DNA of 64,000 bases from the IMG/VR virus record IMGVR_UViG_3300043399_000272, positions 124,001 to 188,000 of that record. One strand, given 5' to 3'. The notes under the pieces are model-generated. The model had not been told where the DNA came from, did not search any database, and worked only from the letters and a program-made list of their open reading frames with translations. The position numbers and the translations under genes were made by a program. Shown here in pieces: positions 46,838 to 56,525 of this stretch (within the stretch, counting starts at the first letter, position 1; each line of letters opens with the position of its first letter).

Positions 46838-47530
46838 ATGAGTTTTTTACGCCATATCGGTAAAATAGGTGATCGTAAGGTTGCTATTTTATTCAGAGAA
46901 GTGCCCGGAGAACCACATATGTGCTTAGTCGCATATACGGAAACATTGAATCAGCACATACATGATCCTATGATGGCATGTATTGAAAGTGACATTGGTC
47001 AAAACAGTGAGAATCTTGCTGACGCATTGAATAGAACATATACCAAAGACGGTAAGATTATTTTACAAGTGTTGCATTCACAGGGGTTGATTAAAAAAGT
47101 ACAAACACAACAGGTACTTGCTACTCCCACCCCTACTACTAACATTAAGTTGAATGAGTTGAACAAAATACTTGATGAAATGAAACAAGGTGAAGATGCT
47201 GTTAAGCGTTTGGCTGAACTTGATGCAAGTCGTGGTTTGCAAGATCCTGTGGATGTTGCACGTAGAATGCGCGGAGAGTCTACATTACCTGCATCGCAAC
47301 CAGTTTCACCAGCACAAGGAATATTAGGTGACGCACAGATAGCTAATAACCTCAGGCAACAGGCTGAACGTATGGCTGCAGAAGCAAAGGGCTTGCTAGC
47401 AGAGTCTAGCAGATTGATGAAGGAAGCAGCACAACTAGAAGGTGTTATGCCTGAAACAACCCACGCAGTACCTGTTGTTAGTGAAACTAAAAAAAGAGGT
47501 CGTCCTGCAAAGGCAAAGATTTTATCATAA
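46838..47530 (+). CDS. Hypothetical protein with C-terminal AT-hook-like KKRGRPAK
   Basis: AAGGAG SD. Confidence 0.7.
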   Translation: MSFLRHIGKIGDRKVAILFREVPGEPHMCLVAYTETLNQHIHDPMMACIESDIGQNSENLADALNRTYTKDGKIILQVLHSQGLIKKVQTQQVLATPTPTTNIKLNELNKILDEMKQGEDAVKRLAELDASRGLQDPVDVARRMRGESTLPASQPVSPAQGILGDAQIANNLRQQAERMAAEAKGLLAESSRLMKEAAQLEGVMPETTHAVPVVSETKKRGRPAKAKILS

Positions 47531-47538
47531 GTAATTAG

Positions 47539-47835
47539 ATGACACCTGAATATTTAAGAAAATGGGAATCTATTATAGAGGACATTGATAAAGTAAAAGT
47601 ACCAGTTCAGTTCATCAAAAAAATTATTGTTAAAATGACTGGTAAAAAACAACATACTATCAATATTCAAAATTTGCTAAAGCAAGGATTAGACCCTGAA
47701 GAAATCGAAGAATTAGTAAGTCGCAAGCTACATGAACTCGACCCGCTGATAACAAGTTTTGAATTTATTTTAAATATTGAAAGTATTGCTGAAACGGTAC
47801 AACCTCAAACAGATAAACTATTGAATAAGTTATGA
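47539..47835 (+). CDS. Hypothetical protein
   Basis: ORF coupled to folA. Confidence 0.65.
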   Translation: MTPEYLRKWESIIEDIDKVKVPVQFIKKIIVKMTGKKQHTINIQNLLKQGLDPEEIEELVSRKLHELDPLITSFEFILNIESIAETVQPQTDKLLNKL

Positions 47836-48275
47836 AATTAATCATTGCTTGTGATCCTAAAGGAGGAATAGGCTTTGATGGTAAGTTGCCCTGGAGTAAA
47901 ATCGAGGGCGATTTGCCAAGATTCAAGGCATTAACAACTGGTAAGATTGTACTGATGGGACGCAATACATATGACAATTTACCGAAGAAACCTCTACCCA
48001 ACAGAGTTAATTGGGTAAAATCAACACGCCCTATCAATGATGTTGTTAATCCTGATGATAACATGATTAAAACAGAAAAAGATGTTTGGTTAATAGGCGG
48101 CGCAAAGATGGTTGAAAGCTATTGGCAATATATCGATGAAATACATCTATCTAGGACCTTTGCCGAATATACTTGTGATACTTTTATAAGTCTAGTACAA
48201 TTAGAAAATGAGTTTATGTGCTGGTTTAAAGAAAATCAATCAGACCATTCTTATGAAATTTGGAAAAGAAGATGA
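47832..48275 (+). CDS. folA: Dihydrofolate reductase
   Basis: IG..G.LPW...GD..RFK.LT, MGR.TY, PLPNR.N, IGGA, CDTF. Confidence 0.95.
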   Translation: MKLIIACDPKGGIGFDGKLPWSKIEGDLPRFKALTTGKIVLMGRNTYDNLPKKPLPNRVNWVKSTRPINDVVNPDDNMIKTEKDVWLIGGAKMVESYWQYIDEIHLSRTFAEYTCDTFISLVQLENEFMCWFKENQSDHSYEIWKRR

Positions 48276-48505
48276 TAGATATAAAATGGTATAATGATCA
48301 AACTGCTAAGATTGCATACGACCAAATGCGTTCTAAATTAGATCCTCTTGTCGTTGAAATGTTTCCTGAATATGAATTAAGTCACTTCGGTATTAATAGG
48401 AACAATGATACAGAAGAAGTTATAATTAAACTGCACTTGAACAAATTAGGAACAGTTAAGGTTGTTGGAACAGAACCCTGGAATGATTATACGAGATTAA
48501 AATGA
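48272..48505 (+). CDS. Hypothetical protein
   Basis: ATGA overlaps with both folA and thyA. Confidence 0.55.
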   Translation: MIDIKWYNDQTAKIAYDQMRSKLDPLVVEMFPEYELSHFGINRNNDTEEVIIKLHLNKLGTVKVVGTEPWNDYTRLK

Positions 48506-49401
48506 AACAATATCACGATTTACTACAAGATATATTAGACAACGGAATTGAAAAAGATGATAGAACTAGTGTTGGGACTTATAGTGTTTTTGGACGTCAT
48601 CTTCGCTTTGATTTGCGTAGGGGCTTTCCCGCAGTCACTACTAAAAAATTGGCATGGAAGGCTTGTGTCGGTGAGCTTCTATGGTTTATTGAAGGATCTG
48701 GTGATGAGCGTAGATTGGCAGAACTCACCCATGGTACTACCGAAGGCAAGGTTACTATCTGGACGCCGAATGCGCTTGCGCCCTACTGGAAACCTAAAGC
48801 GAAATTCGAGGGGGATTTGGGTAGGGTCTATGGCGTACAATGGCGCCACTGGAACAAATATACGGAAGAGAAAGACTACGGCGAGGCGCACAAAGGTGGG
48901 CAACGCCTAGCAGTAGATAAGACAGAAATCGATCAGTTAGCAAATTTAATTGAAGGTTTGAAAACTGACCCTAATAGTCGCAGACATATACTAAGCGCAT
49001 GGAACGTTGCAGAACTAGACCAAATGGCATTGCCTCCGTGTCATGTAATGTGTCAATTCCATGTTAGCAAATATAGAGAACTTAGTTGTCACATGTATCA
49101 ACGAAGTGTTGATGTGTTCTTAGGTCTACCATTCAACATTGCTAGTTATGCTCTACTCACACATATGATTGCACAAGTATGTGATTTCACTGTAGGTGAT
49201 CTAATCATCAGCACCGGTGATACACATATCTATAAGAATCATGTTGAACAAGTTAAAGAACAATTGTCACGCCGTGCATTCGGTATGCCCTCGTTGATTC
49301 TCAATCCTGAGATTAAAGACATTACAAAATTTACAATGAACGACATTCACCTTGAAGGATATGAAAGTCATGGACCAATTAAAGCAATCATGGCAGTCTG
49401 A
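48502..49401 (+). CDS. thyA: Thymidylate synthase
   Basis: DRT.VGT, ELLWF, LG.VYG.QWR, LPPCH, YQRS.D.FLGLPFNIASY, MAV end. Confidence 0.97.
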   Translation: MKQYHDLLQDILDNGIEKDDRTSVGTYSVFGRHLRFDLRRGFPAVTTKKLAWKACVGELLWFIEGSGDERRLAELTHGTTEGKVTIWTPNALAPYWKPKAKFEGDLGRVYGVQWRHWNKYTEEKDYGEAHKGGQRLAVDKTEIDQLANLIEGLKTDPNSRRHILSAWNVAELDQMALPPCHVMCQFHVSKYRELSCHMYQRSVDVFLGLPFNIASYALLTHMIAQVCDFTVGDLIISTGDTHIYKNHVEQVKEQLSRRAFGMPSLILNPEIKDITKFTMNDIHLEGYESHGPIKAIMAV

Positions 49402-49651
49402 CAATGAAGATGCCGTAACATCTTGTTGTGTGGTACATACATTCAATATGGGTGATGTAGAAGATCCCGATTTGTTGGCGGCTCAGAGTTTGTTTGAATT
49501 TGAAAAATCAGAAAAAGGTGAGTGGGTAATGAAAAATTCAGCACCTGTTGCTAGTTGGCATAGGATGCCCAAAGACTACGGATGGCAATATCAAATTCGT
49601 GCGTATCTGACACCCGAAAAAATGACATATTATAAATTGAAGTACGAATGA
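49361..49651 (+). CDS. Hypothetical protein (start uncertain)
   Basis: F.MGDVEDPD...G.WVM..S; coupled to the next gene. Confidence 0.55.
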   Translation: MKVMDQLKQSWQSDNEDAVTSCCVVHTFNMGDVEDPDLLAAQSLFEFEKSEKGEWVMKNSAPVASWHRMPKDYGWQYQIRAYLTPEKMTYYKLKYE

Positions 49652-50610
49652 AAATTTTAGTAACAGGTGGATTAGGTCTTATAGGCCACCACGTTGTAAA
49701 ACGTTTGCAAAACATGAGTCACCAAGTATCTATCATGGATACACGGACTACATATGGCGTTATCCCACGTGAAGAAATCACTTATTTGATGGGCGAACGT
49801 CTTAAACAGATTCCGTCAATTGAAAGGTTATATGACTTTGATATTGCAAATCAAGGACAAGTAAATCACGTATTTTATAAAGAAGAACCTGAACTTGTCA
49901 TCCACATGGCTAGTTTCCCTCGACAAAAAGTTGTAAATGCAAATCCTGCATTAGGTTCAAGAACTATGTCAGAGGGATTATTGAATCTATGTGAAGCTAG
50001 TGTAGAATACGGAGCCAAACGTTTCTTGTATATCAGCTCCAGTATGGTGTACGGAGATTTCAAAGATGATGTTAAAGAGGATTATAATTGCAAACCTCAA
50101 GGTCAATATGGAATAATGAAACTAGCAGGAGAACACCTTGTCAAAGACTACAGCCGTCGTAATTGCTTCACTCACACTATCATTCGTCCTAGTGCTGTTT
50201 ACGGGCCACTTGATGTTGAAGATAGAGTCATATCAAAATTCATGCTCACAGCAATGCGAGGAGAAGTGCTCAAGGTCAATGGAGCGACGGAAACCTTGGA
50301 CTTCACCTACGTTGAAGATGCCGCAGACGGTATAGTTGCCGCAGCACTATCAGACAATACACACAACAAAACTTATAACATAACTAAGAGCCATAGCCAT
50401 AGTTTATTAGATGCTGCTAACCTTGCAGTAAAGATTGTGGGTAAAGGCACAGTTAATGTCAGGGATAGAGATCCTGACTTTCCTAGCAGGGGAGCGTTAA
50501 ATATCGATGCCGCACGTAAGGACTTTGGATTTGATCCAAAAGTAGACGTTGAAGAAGGCTTTCAGAAATACTATGATTGGTTAAAGGATTCTACATACTA
50601 TAATAAATAA
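49648..50610 (+). CDS. NAD-dependent sugar epimerase/dehydratase (extended SDR)
   Basis: VTGGLGLIG, SSSMVYG, YGIMK, DFTYVED. Confidence 0.92.
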   Translation: MKILVTGGLGLIGHHVVKRLQNMSHQVSIMDTRTTYGVIPREEITYLMGERLKQIPSIERLYDFDIANQGQVNHVFYKEEPELVIHMASFPRQKVVNANPALGSRTMSEGLLNLCEASVEYGAKRFLYISSSMVYGDFKDDVKEDYNCKPQGQYGIMKLAGEHLVKDYSRRNCFTHTIIRPSAVYGPLDVEDRVISKFMLTAMRGEVLKVNGATETLDFTYVEDAADGIVAAALSDNTHNKTYNITKSHSHSLLDAANLAVKIVGKGTVNVRDRDPDFPSRGALNIDAARKDFGFDPKVDVEEGFQKYYDWLKDSTYYNK

Positions 50611-50614
50611 CAGT

Positions 50615-51064
50615 ATGTGGATCATTAGCTTTGCACCCGAATGGGTATTTCATGTTATCTTTGGGTTAGGTGTACTTGGTACCATTGCGGGGTTTGTGCT
50701 TGGGTTCATACCTGTAATCAGACAATATAAGCTACCTATACAGATAATTAGTATTTTGACATTGATTTTAGGTGTATACCTTGAGGGTGCATTAGCAGAT
50801 TACCGTGAGTGGGAAATGAAAGCTGCTGAATTAAAAGTTAAAATTGCTGACATGGAAACCAAATTAGCCCAAAGTGACACAAAAATTGTTGAAAAAGTTG
50901 TAGTTAAAACCGAACTTGTTAAACAAAAGGGCAAGGATGTTGTAAAATATGTAGACAGAGAGATTGTCAAATACGACACTAAATTCTTGCCAGGGGGACA
51001 ATGCGAGATTCCACAAGAATTTTATAAAGCGTACAACGATTCACTGAGCTTAGATTTAAAATGA
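50615..51064 (+). CDS. Putative inner-membrane spanin (Rz-like)
   Basis: N-terminal TM helices, coiled coil and a C-terminal Cys; overlaps a lipoprotein gene. Confidence 0.6.
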   Translation: MWIISFAPEWVFHVIFGLGVLGTIAGFVLGFIPVIRQYKLPIQIISILTLILGVYLEGALADYREWEMKAAELKVKIADMETKLAQSDTKIVEKVVVKTELVKQKGKDVVKYVDREIVKYDTKFLPGGQCEIPQEFYKAYNDSLSLDLK

Positions 51065-51330
51065 AACCACTATTATTACTAACACTTGTGCTTGCGGGCT
51101 GCTCTACTGCGGTTCCAGTAACTATGAACAATCCTTACGAGATTCCGCAATCATTAATGCAAGATTGCAGGGATCCTGAAATGCTGAATCCTGAAGCTAA
51201 ATTCAGCGATAATGTCAAAATTATGATAGACAATAACACAAAAGCCACCGAATGCAGGGTGGCTAAACGTGCTCTAAATGAACTTATTCAACAAAGAAAA
51301 GAAATCTTTGATAAGTCGATGAAGAAGTAA
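51061..51330 (+). CDS. Putative outer-membrane spanin lipoprotein (Rz1-like)
   Basis: Lipobox LAGC; P..LM..C..P; second Cys. Confidence 0.7.
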   Translation: MKPLLLLTLVLAGCSTAVPVTMNNPYEIPQSLMQDCRDPEMLNPEAKFSDNVKIMIDNNTKATECRVAKRALNELIQQRKEIFDKSMKK

Positions 51331-51771
51331 TCAGTCACACCAAGACTGTTTTGCTTCCCCGAAATATTCTCGGGCAAATCCGTTCTTAATCAACATTGAA
51401 CGTAGACTTTGACCATTTAGGATAACGTCTCCTAATACACGGCCACCGAATTTATCCCACGCATATAACGTGACCTGTCTCTTTTGACTGGCAGCAACTG
51501 TGTCTTTTGTGAATTTAGTTGCTGCTTGACCTTTAGCATCCTCGGAAGCGCATTTTGCTCTGAATCCCTTTTCAGGCGTGTCGACCCCGTATATTCTTAC
51601 AGCTAATTCTGGTTTTAGCGGTGCAGGAAGAAAGGGTGCAGATATCACAATAGTATCCCCGTCATTTACACGGATAATTTGTGCGTCATATGTGACTCCT
51701 GTGGGCGTTTTTTGTGCAAAAACACTGGATGCAACGGATGCTAGTAATAAAGATAATAGTAATTTGTTCAT
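51331..51771 (-). CDS. Thermonuclease (SNase) family protein with signal peptide
   Basis: DGDT, VRIYGVDTPE, DKFGGRVL, LIKNGFAREY. Confidence 0.9.
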   Translation of the reverse strand: MNKLLLSLLLASVASSVFAQKTPTGVTYDAQIIRVNDGDTIVISAPFLPAPLKPELAVRIYGVDTPEKGFRAKCASEDAKGQAATKFTKDTVAASQKRQVTLYAWDKFGGRVLGDVILNGQSLRSMLIKNGFAREYFGEAKQSWCD

Positions 51772-51820
51772 AGTAAGATATTTATTCCGACGATAAATAC
51801 ACTATACGCGGAATCATAAC

Positions 51821-52600
51821 ATGACAGTTACCACAGCAAATATTGACATAGGTTCTTTACCGAACGACGGAACAGGTGATCCGTTACGTACGGCGTTTGA
51901 AAAGATCAATGATAATTTTTTAATATTAGAAGAATTAGCACCCCAAGGTCCTAATGGATCATTTCAATTCAATAACGATGGCATACCTAACGGAACCGGG
52001 AATTTTACTTATGTTTCCAGTGATAATGTCATACAATTAGGAATAGATGTACGATTATTAGGAAATGTTTCTATTGGTAATACGACTAATAGACTGAGCA
52101 ATTTGTATGTAGGAAACTCTGCACTATATTTAGGTAATGTAAACATAAGAGAATCGGCAAACGTAGTAAGTTTTCCGATATCAGTGTTGCCTTCTAGTAA
52201 AGCAAGTTTAGCTGCTGATAATATCAATGCTGACGGAAATGTAGTAGCAGTTGGTAAAATTCAGACTGCAAATTTAGCCATATCTGAACTCCAAGTAACT
52301 ACCTCAAATAATAGTACAAATCAAGTTTTATTCCAAATCCCTGCAACTGAATTTGTAAATGGAATTGTCTACGTCCACACTAGAGAAGTCAATTCCAATA
52401 ATAGCCAGTCTGTTACATTAGCGGTGAATAAAAACAACAATAATAACACCGTAGGTTATAGCGTTTATGGTACTATTTTCGTTGGCACAGTATTAACAGA
52501 CTATGACGTAGACATAGGTTATGGAAATGTTAGGGTAATGGTAAATCCGTTATTAAATGCTAATATGGTTCATACGGTATCTTATCAATATACAATTTAA
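51821..52600 (+). CDS. Baseplate/tail structural protein with T4 gp9/gp10-like N-terminus
   Basis: IDIG..PNDGTGDPLR.AF.KIN.NF. Confidence 0.7.
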   Translation: MTVTTANIDIGSLPNDGTGDPLRTAFEKINDNFLILEELAPQGPNGSFQFNNDGIPNGTGNFTYVSSDNVIQLGIDVRLLGNVSIGNTTNRLSNLYVGNSALYLGNVNIRESANVVSFPISVLPSSKASLAADNINADGNVVAVGKIQTANLAISELQVTTSNNSTNQVLFQIPATEFVNGIVYVHTREVNSNNSQSVTLAVNKNNNNNTVGYSVYGTIFVGTVLTDYDVDIGYGNVRVMVNPLLNANMVHTVSYQYTI

Positions 52601-52601
52601 T

Positions 52602-52976
52602 ATGAGAGCATCTGAATTTATAACAGAATCGAAAAAAAGAGCAAAGGTTACTAAACGCCAGGCACAGTCTAGTGTTGGGCTAGATGTTTTCCGTGATGTT
52701 GAATTTGCTGACAGATTTTACGAACTCAACAGAGTGATGATGGCAGTTGCAGCATCAGATGGAATTAATCCAGTAAAAATTGACCAAGAATCTTGGATCG
52801 GTCGTTTAAATCTTGCAGCACCCTACAGTAGTATCGAACAAAAAATGCTTTCGGATGCGTTTAAAGCAGTTGGTGCATATCATGAAGATTTGGTACAAGG
52901 CGATTTACGTAGTCAAGAACTATCTGACGTTAACAAAACTAGCCCAGTAACTGGATTCAAGGGATTTAAAAAATAA
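52602..52976 (+). CDS. Hypothetical protein with capsid-targeting-like N-terminus
   Basis: MRASEFITES. Confidence 0.6.
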   Translation: MRASEFITESKKRAKVTKRQAQSSVGLDVFRDVEFADRFYELNRVMMAVAASDGINPVKIDQESWIGRLNLAAPYSSIEQKMLSDAFKAVGAYHEDLVQGDLRSQELSDVNKTSPVTGFKGFKK

Positions 52977-53027
52977 ATTAATACTTCTTTGTTTGTGACT
53001 AAGTAATTTATATTTCTTAGGAAAAAC

Positions 53028-53726
53028 ATGGAAAAATTATTAGATATTAATAAAACATTAGACCTAGTAAAGTTGAAATTTTATAATGAGTGGTTATACA
53101 CTGCTCACATATACGATGAGGGAGATAGTGGTCTACACTCTTCCCTAACTAAGCAAGTTGTCTCAGCATACATAGATCCCTTAAAGTTACCCAAAGATGC
53201 AGTAATTTTAGATATGGGAGCAGGCCCCGGATATTTCTTAGATGAAATGAAAGAACGGGGATATACCAAATGTATTGGGGTCGGTCTTAGTACCAAAGAC
53301 AACGAAATAGCCCGAAGCAAAGGGCATGTTATTAAAGAATACGATTTCACTTTCATCCCCCAACAAGAAGGGTGGTATGATGAATCAGTTGATTTTATAT
53401 TTGCTAGACATTCATTAGAACATAGTCCTTATCCTATTTTCACACTAATGGAATATAATCGCTTGTTGAAACAATTTGGCAAAATGTACATCGAGCTTCC
53501 GGCACCCGGTGCGCAACGTAAATTTGAATATAATCTAAATCATTACAGTGTTTTAGGTGAAGATATGATAGTTGCTTTATTAGAGAGAACTGGTTTTAAG
53601 ATTGATTTCTTTAATATCATGGAATTTGATGCCGAGGTGAACGTTTCAGAAGATAAAAGAGAACAGATCAAAGAAAAGTATTTCTCAATCATGGTCACTA
53701 AACAAAAACCATTGGATATCAAATAA
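53028..53726 (+). CDS. Class I SAM-dependent methyltransferase
   Basis: ILDMGAGPG, VDFIFARHSLEH, RLLK..G...IELP. Confidence 0.88.
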   Translation: MEKLLDINKTLDLVKLKFYNEWLYTAHIYDEGDSGLHSSLTKQVVSAYIDPLKLPKDAVILDMGAGPGYFLDEMKERGYTKCIGVGLSTKDNEIARSKGHVIKEYDFTFIPQQEGWYDESVDFIFARHSLEHSPYPIFTLMEYNRLLKQFGKMYIELPAPGAQRKFEYNLNHYSVLGEDMIVALLERTGFKIDFFNIMEFDAEVNVSEDKREQIKEKYFSIMVTKQKPLDIK

Positions 53727-53733
53727 ATACTTA

Positions 53734-54012
53734 ATGACCTTTGATCCCTGGAAACAGCGAAAAATAATGAATGGTCTGGATAAACTTCAGACCATTCCTT
53801 TACCTGCAGAAGTTAATGATACTGTTGAAGACATGAAAAGACTTGCTGGAATATCTTCAAATCATGTACCCGAGGGGTCAAATATTAGCTTTACGGGAAA
53901 TCAAAAGGGTGAATTAATGAAAAAACATAATATTCAACCCGGAACACCTGAATGGTTTCAGCTATGGTTTAGTTTACCCTATATGACTGGTGAGAAGCCA
54001 GTTGATAAATAA
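53734..54012 (+). CDS. Hypothetical late protein
   Basis: MKRLAGI, IQPGTPEWF.LWF; 4 nt after TAAATA. Confidence 0.65.
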   Translation: MTFDPWKQRKIMNGLDKLQTIPLPAEVNDTVEDMKRLAGISSNHVPEGSNISFTGNQKGELMKKHNIQPGTPEWFQLWFSLPYMTGEKPVDK

Positions 54013-54016
54013 TAAT

Positions 54017-54292
54017 ATGAGAGCTACTGATTTTATTCGCGGATTACTCGATATCATTGACGGTGTCCAAACACAAGAGAATCCTATAGTGGATTATGCT
54101 GAAGAAAATTCGGCTGATTGCGATATGGATGAAATCGCACAGGATACCTATAGTAATACGCCTGATGAACAGATCACGCCCACTGATACAATCATGAGTA
54201 TAGGTAATGATGTACATAAACCTAAAAATCCAGCAGATATAAGAGTATCGACAGTAGCATTGTATCCAGAAACTGCATATAAAGGTAAGTAA
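54017..54292 (+). CDS. Hypothetical acidic late protein
   Basis: MRATDFIRG..; 5 nt after TAAATA. Confidence 0.6.
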   Translation: MRATDFIRGLLDIIDGVQTQENPIVDYAEENSADCDMDEIAQDTYSNTPDEQITPTDTIMSIGNDVHKPKNPADIRVSTVALYPETAYKGK

Positions 54293-55152
54293 TGGCTACG
54301 ATTAATGTTGATGTACAGAGTTTAATTAACGCAGCAGAATATGATACCTACTCTGTTGCAGATACCACAACAGTTGGTACGTTTAAAACAACAATTCAAA
54401 CAGCGACTGGATGTAGCGTTGATTGGTTTGATTTGGTATATAACAACACTATTCTAGATGTTTCCAAAACCTTAGCATTTTATTCTATACCCACTGGTGC
54501 TAGTATAAGAACTCATAATAAAATTTCTCGACTCGCTACGCTGGAACTAAGACAGAAAAGCAAATTAGATTTGGCTGCATTGGATAGAGAGTATTCAGAT
54601 AATCCTCGAAGCACATACGATATTACAGAGTTGCCTACTCAATACATTGATGATTCTGTATATGACAATCCAAATCCAGGTGGGTTAACTGAAGGCCGCC
54701 CCTGGATTGACACTAAAACTCCGTTCTCATTCTATGAGGCAATCAATACTACATCAGCATTGCAAACAACGCAGTATGTAAGTGGTAATAAGATTTATGC
54801 ATATTCCTCGAGTCTTGATGTCCCTAGTTATCAACCGGCTAGGGTAATAGTCAATGATATTGAATTAGCAAACACTACGCTTCGTGGACACACCATGGTA
54901 GTCACAAATAGTTTTGGTGATTTAGTAAGTGTTACAAATTATGATACTTACGGTTCATCATCGGCAGTAACTGCATTAGCATCTGCATTGGGCGGAGTAG
55001 CAAGTGAAAATATTGTTATATTAGTAGTATATGATGCTAGTGCATTCAATGCAGCGTGTAGGTCTGCCTTAACTACGGGGTATGGTGATACTAACAGCAA
55101 CACCTGGACTTCTTCTAGGGTAGATCATATCTTTATCGGAATTAAAATATAA
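54292..55152 (+). CDS. Ubiquitin-like domain plus ILEI/FAM3-like domain protein
   Basis: The first ~77 aa align by eye to ubiquitin (TV..K..IQ...G...D...LVY....L....TL..Y.I); the C-terminus RGHTMVV...G.......YDTY.....L...L.......IVILV..D is ILEI-like. Confidence 0.6.
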   Translation: MATINVDVQSLINAAEYDTYSVADTTTVGTFKTTIQTATGCSVDWFDLVYNNTILDVSKTLAFYSIPTGASIRTHNKISRLATLELRQKSKLDLAALDREYSDNPRSTYDITELPTQYIDDSVYDNPNPGGLTEGRPWIDTKTPFSFYEAINTTSALQTTQYVSGNKIYAYSSSLDVPSYQPARVIVNDIELANTTLRGHTMVVTNSFGDLVSVTNYDTYGSSSAVTALASALGGVASENIVILVVYDASAFNAACRSALTTGYGDTNSNTWTSSRVDHIFIGIKI

Positions 55153-56507
55153 TGGCAGGCGAAGATACCTCACAGTTATACACACCTGAACATCACTCGG
55201 GGTCGATGGATAAGCGCCTTAACTCAACTAACTACATTCATCCACAAGAGACAAATTTATTGAATCTTGCGAAGGCAATGGAGTATAATGTACAAGGTCA
55301 ACCTGTATTAAGAACTACATCAGGTGCAAGTCCGGCATCTAACGATGCGTTCGGTAGATTACGTGTAAGCAATCCATTAACATTATTTGATAGTTTTCAT
55401 CGTTACAACGATAACGGAAAGATTAACACGTACACGAATGGTACTGCATCTGCGGTAGCTAATACCAACGCCGGGCTTATTGATTGCACAGTGGGTACTG
55501 ATTCAGGTGATGCAGTATATAGGGAAAGTACAAAAGTATTTTCCTATCAACCGGGAAAAAGTTTACAGGTACTTACAACATTTTGTATGGCACCTGGTAA
55601 AACAAATCTAAGACAACGCATCGGGTATTTTGACACTAGCAATGGAGTGTTCCTAGAACAAGATGGGACAACATTACGTTTTAGAATTCGCTCATCTGTT
55701 ACTGGCTCAATACAATACGAAAGTGTAGATCAGGCTGATTGGAATGTTGATCCGTTAGATGGATCAGGAGAATCGACAATAACATTAGATATCACTAAGG
55801 CTCAAATTCTTTTCTTTGATATTGAATGGCTGGGTGTTGGTAGTGTTCGTTGTGGATTTGTTATTGATGGTCAATTTATATTAGCGCATGTTTTTAACCA
55901 CGCTAACATCATCACTGGTACATACATGACTACTGCTTGTTTACCTGTAAGAATGGAACTAGAAAATACAGGACCAACTGAGAGTTCTAGTTTATATAAG
56001 CAAATTTGCACAACTGTGATATCCGAAGGTGGATATGCACTAACCGGTAGACCACTTAGTATAGGTCATACTCTCAGTGCACCTTATGTTTTAGCAACTC
56101 CTAACACAGTATATCCTATTTTCAGTATGAGATTAAAATCCAATCGGCTAGGTGCTATAGTTTTACCTAAAAACTACAGTGTAGGACTAACCGGTAATCA
56201 CAACTTTAGATTTATGATTATAATAGGTGGTACTACTACAGGCGGCACTTGGGTAGATGCGGGATCATCAAGTTCAGTAGAATATAACTTAACAGCAACT
56301 AGCATTTCCGGTGGTAGAATAGGTGAGTGGAAACAAATCATTGGTAGCAATCAATTTGCAGGAGTTGCTGACGTTGCGGACCCATTTCAATATCAACTGG
56401 AAAGAAACACGTTTACTGACACAGCTTCAGAATTAACTATCTGTTTAACTACAAGTGGTAATAATGTTAACGTCTACGGTGCAGTAAATTGGGAAGAGAT
56501 AACTTAA
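55152..56507 (+). CDS. Virion structural protein
   Basis: DAFGRLRVS.P.TLF, YQPGKS, EWLGVG.VR, W.E end. Confidence 0.6.
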   Translation: MAGEDTSQLYTPEHHSGSMDKRLNSTNYIHPQETNLLNLAKAMEYNVQGQPVLRTTSGASPASNDAFGRLRVSNPLTLFDSFHRYNDNGKINTYTNGTASAVANTNAGLIDCTVGTDSGDAVYRESTKVFSYQPGKSLQVLTTFCMAPGKTNLRQRIGYFDTSNGVFLEQDGTTLRFRIRSSVTGSIQYESVDQADWNVDPLDGSGESTITLDITKAQILFFDIEWLGVGSVRCGFVIDGQFILAHVFNHANIITGTYMTTACLPVRMELENTGPTESSSLYKQICTTVISEGGYALTGRPLSIGHTLSAPYVLATPNTVYPIFSMRLKSNRLGAIVLPKNYSVGLTGNHNFRFMIIIGGTTTGGTWVDAGSSSSVEYNLTATSISGGRIGEWKQIIGSNQFAGVADVADPFQYQLERNTFTDTASELTICLTTSGNNVNVYGAVNWEEIT

Positions 56508-56525
56508 TACGAACTAAATATCGTT

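Noticed and set aside
48502-49401. dCMP hydroxymethylase or other base-modifying TS homolog
   Set aside because: It has the dUMP-specifying Asn (PFNIASY) and an adjacent DHFR, so it is a canonical ThyA.
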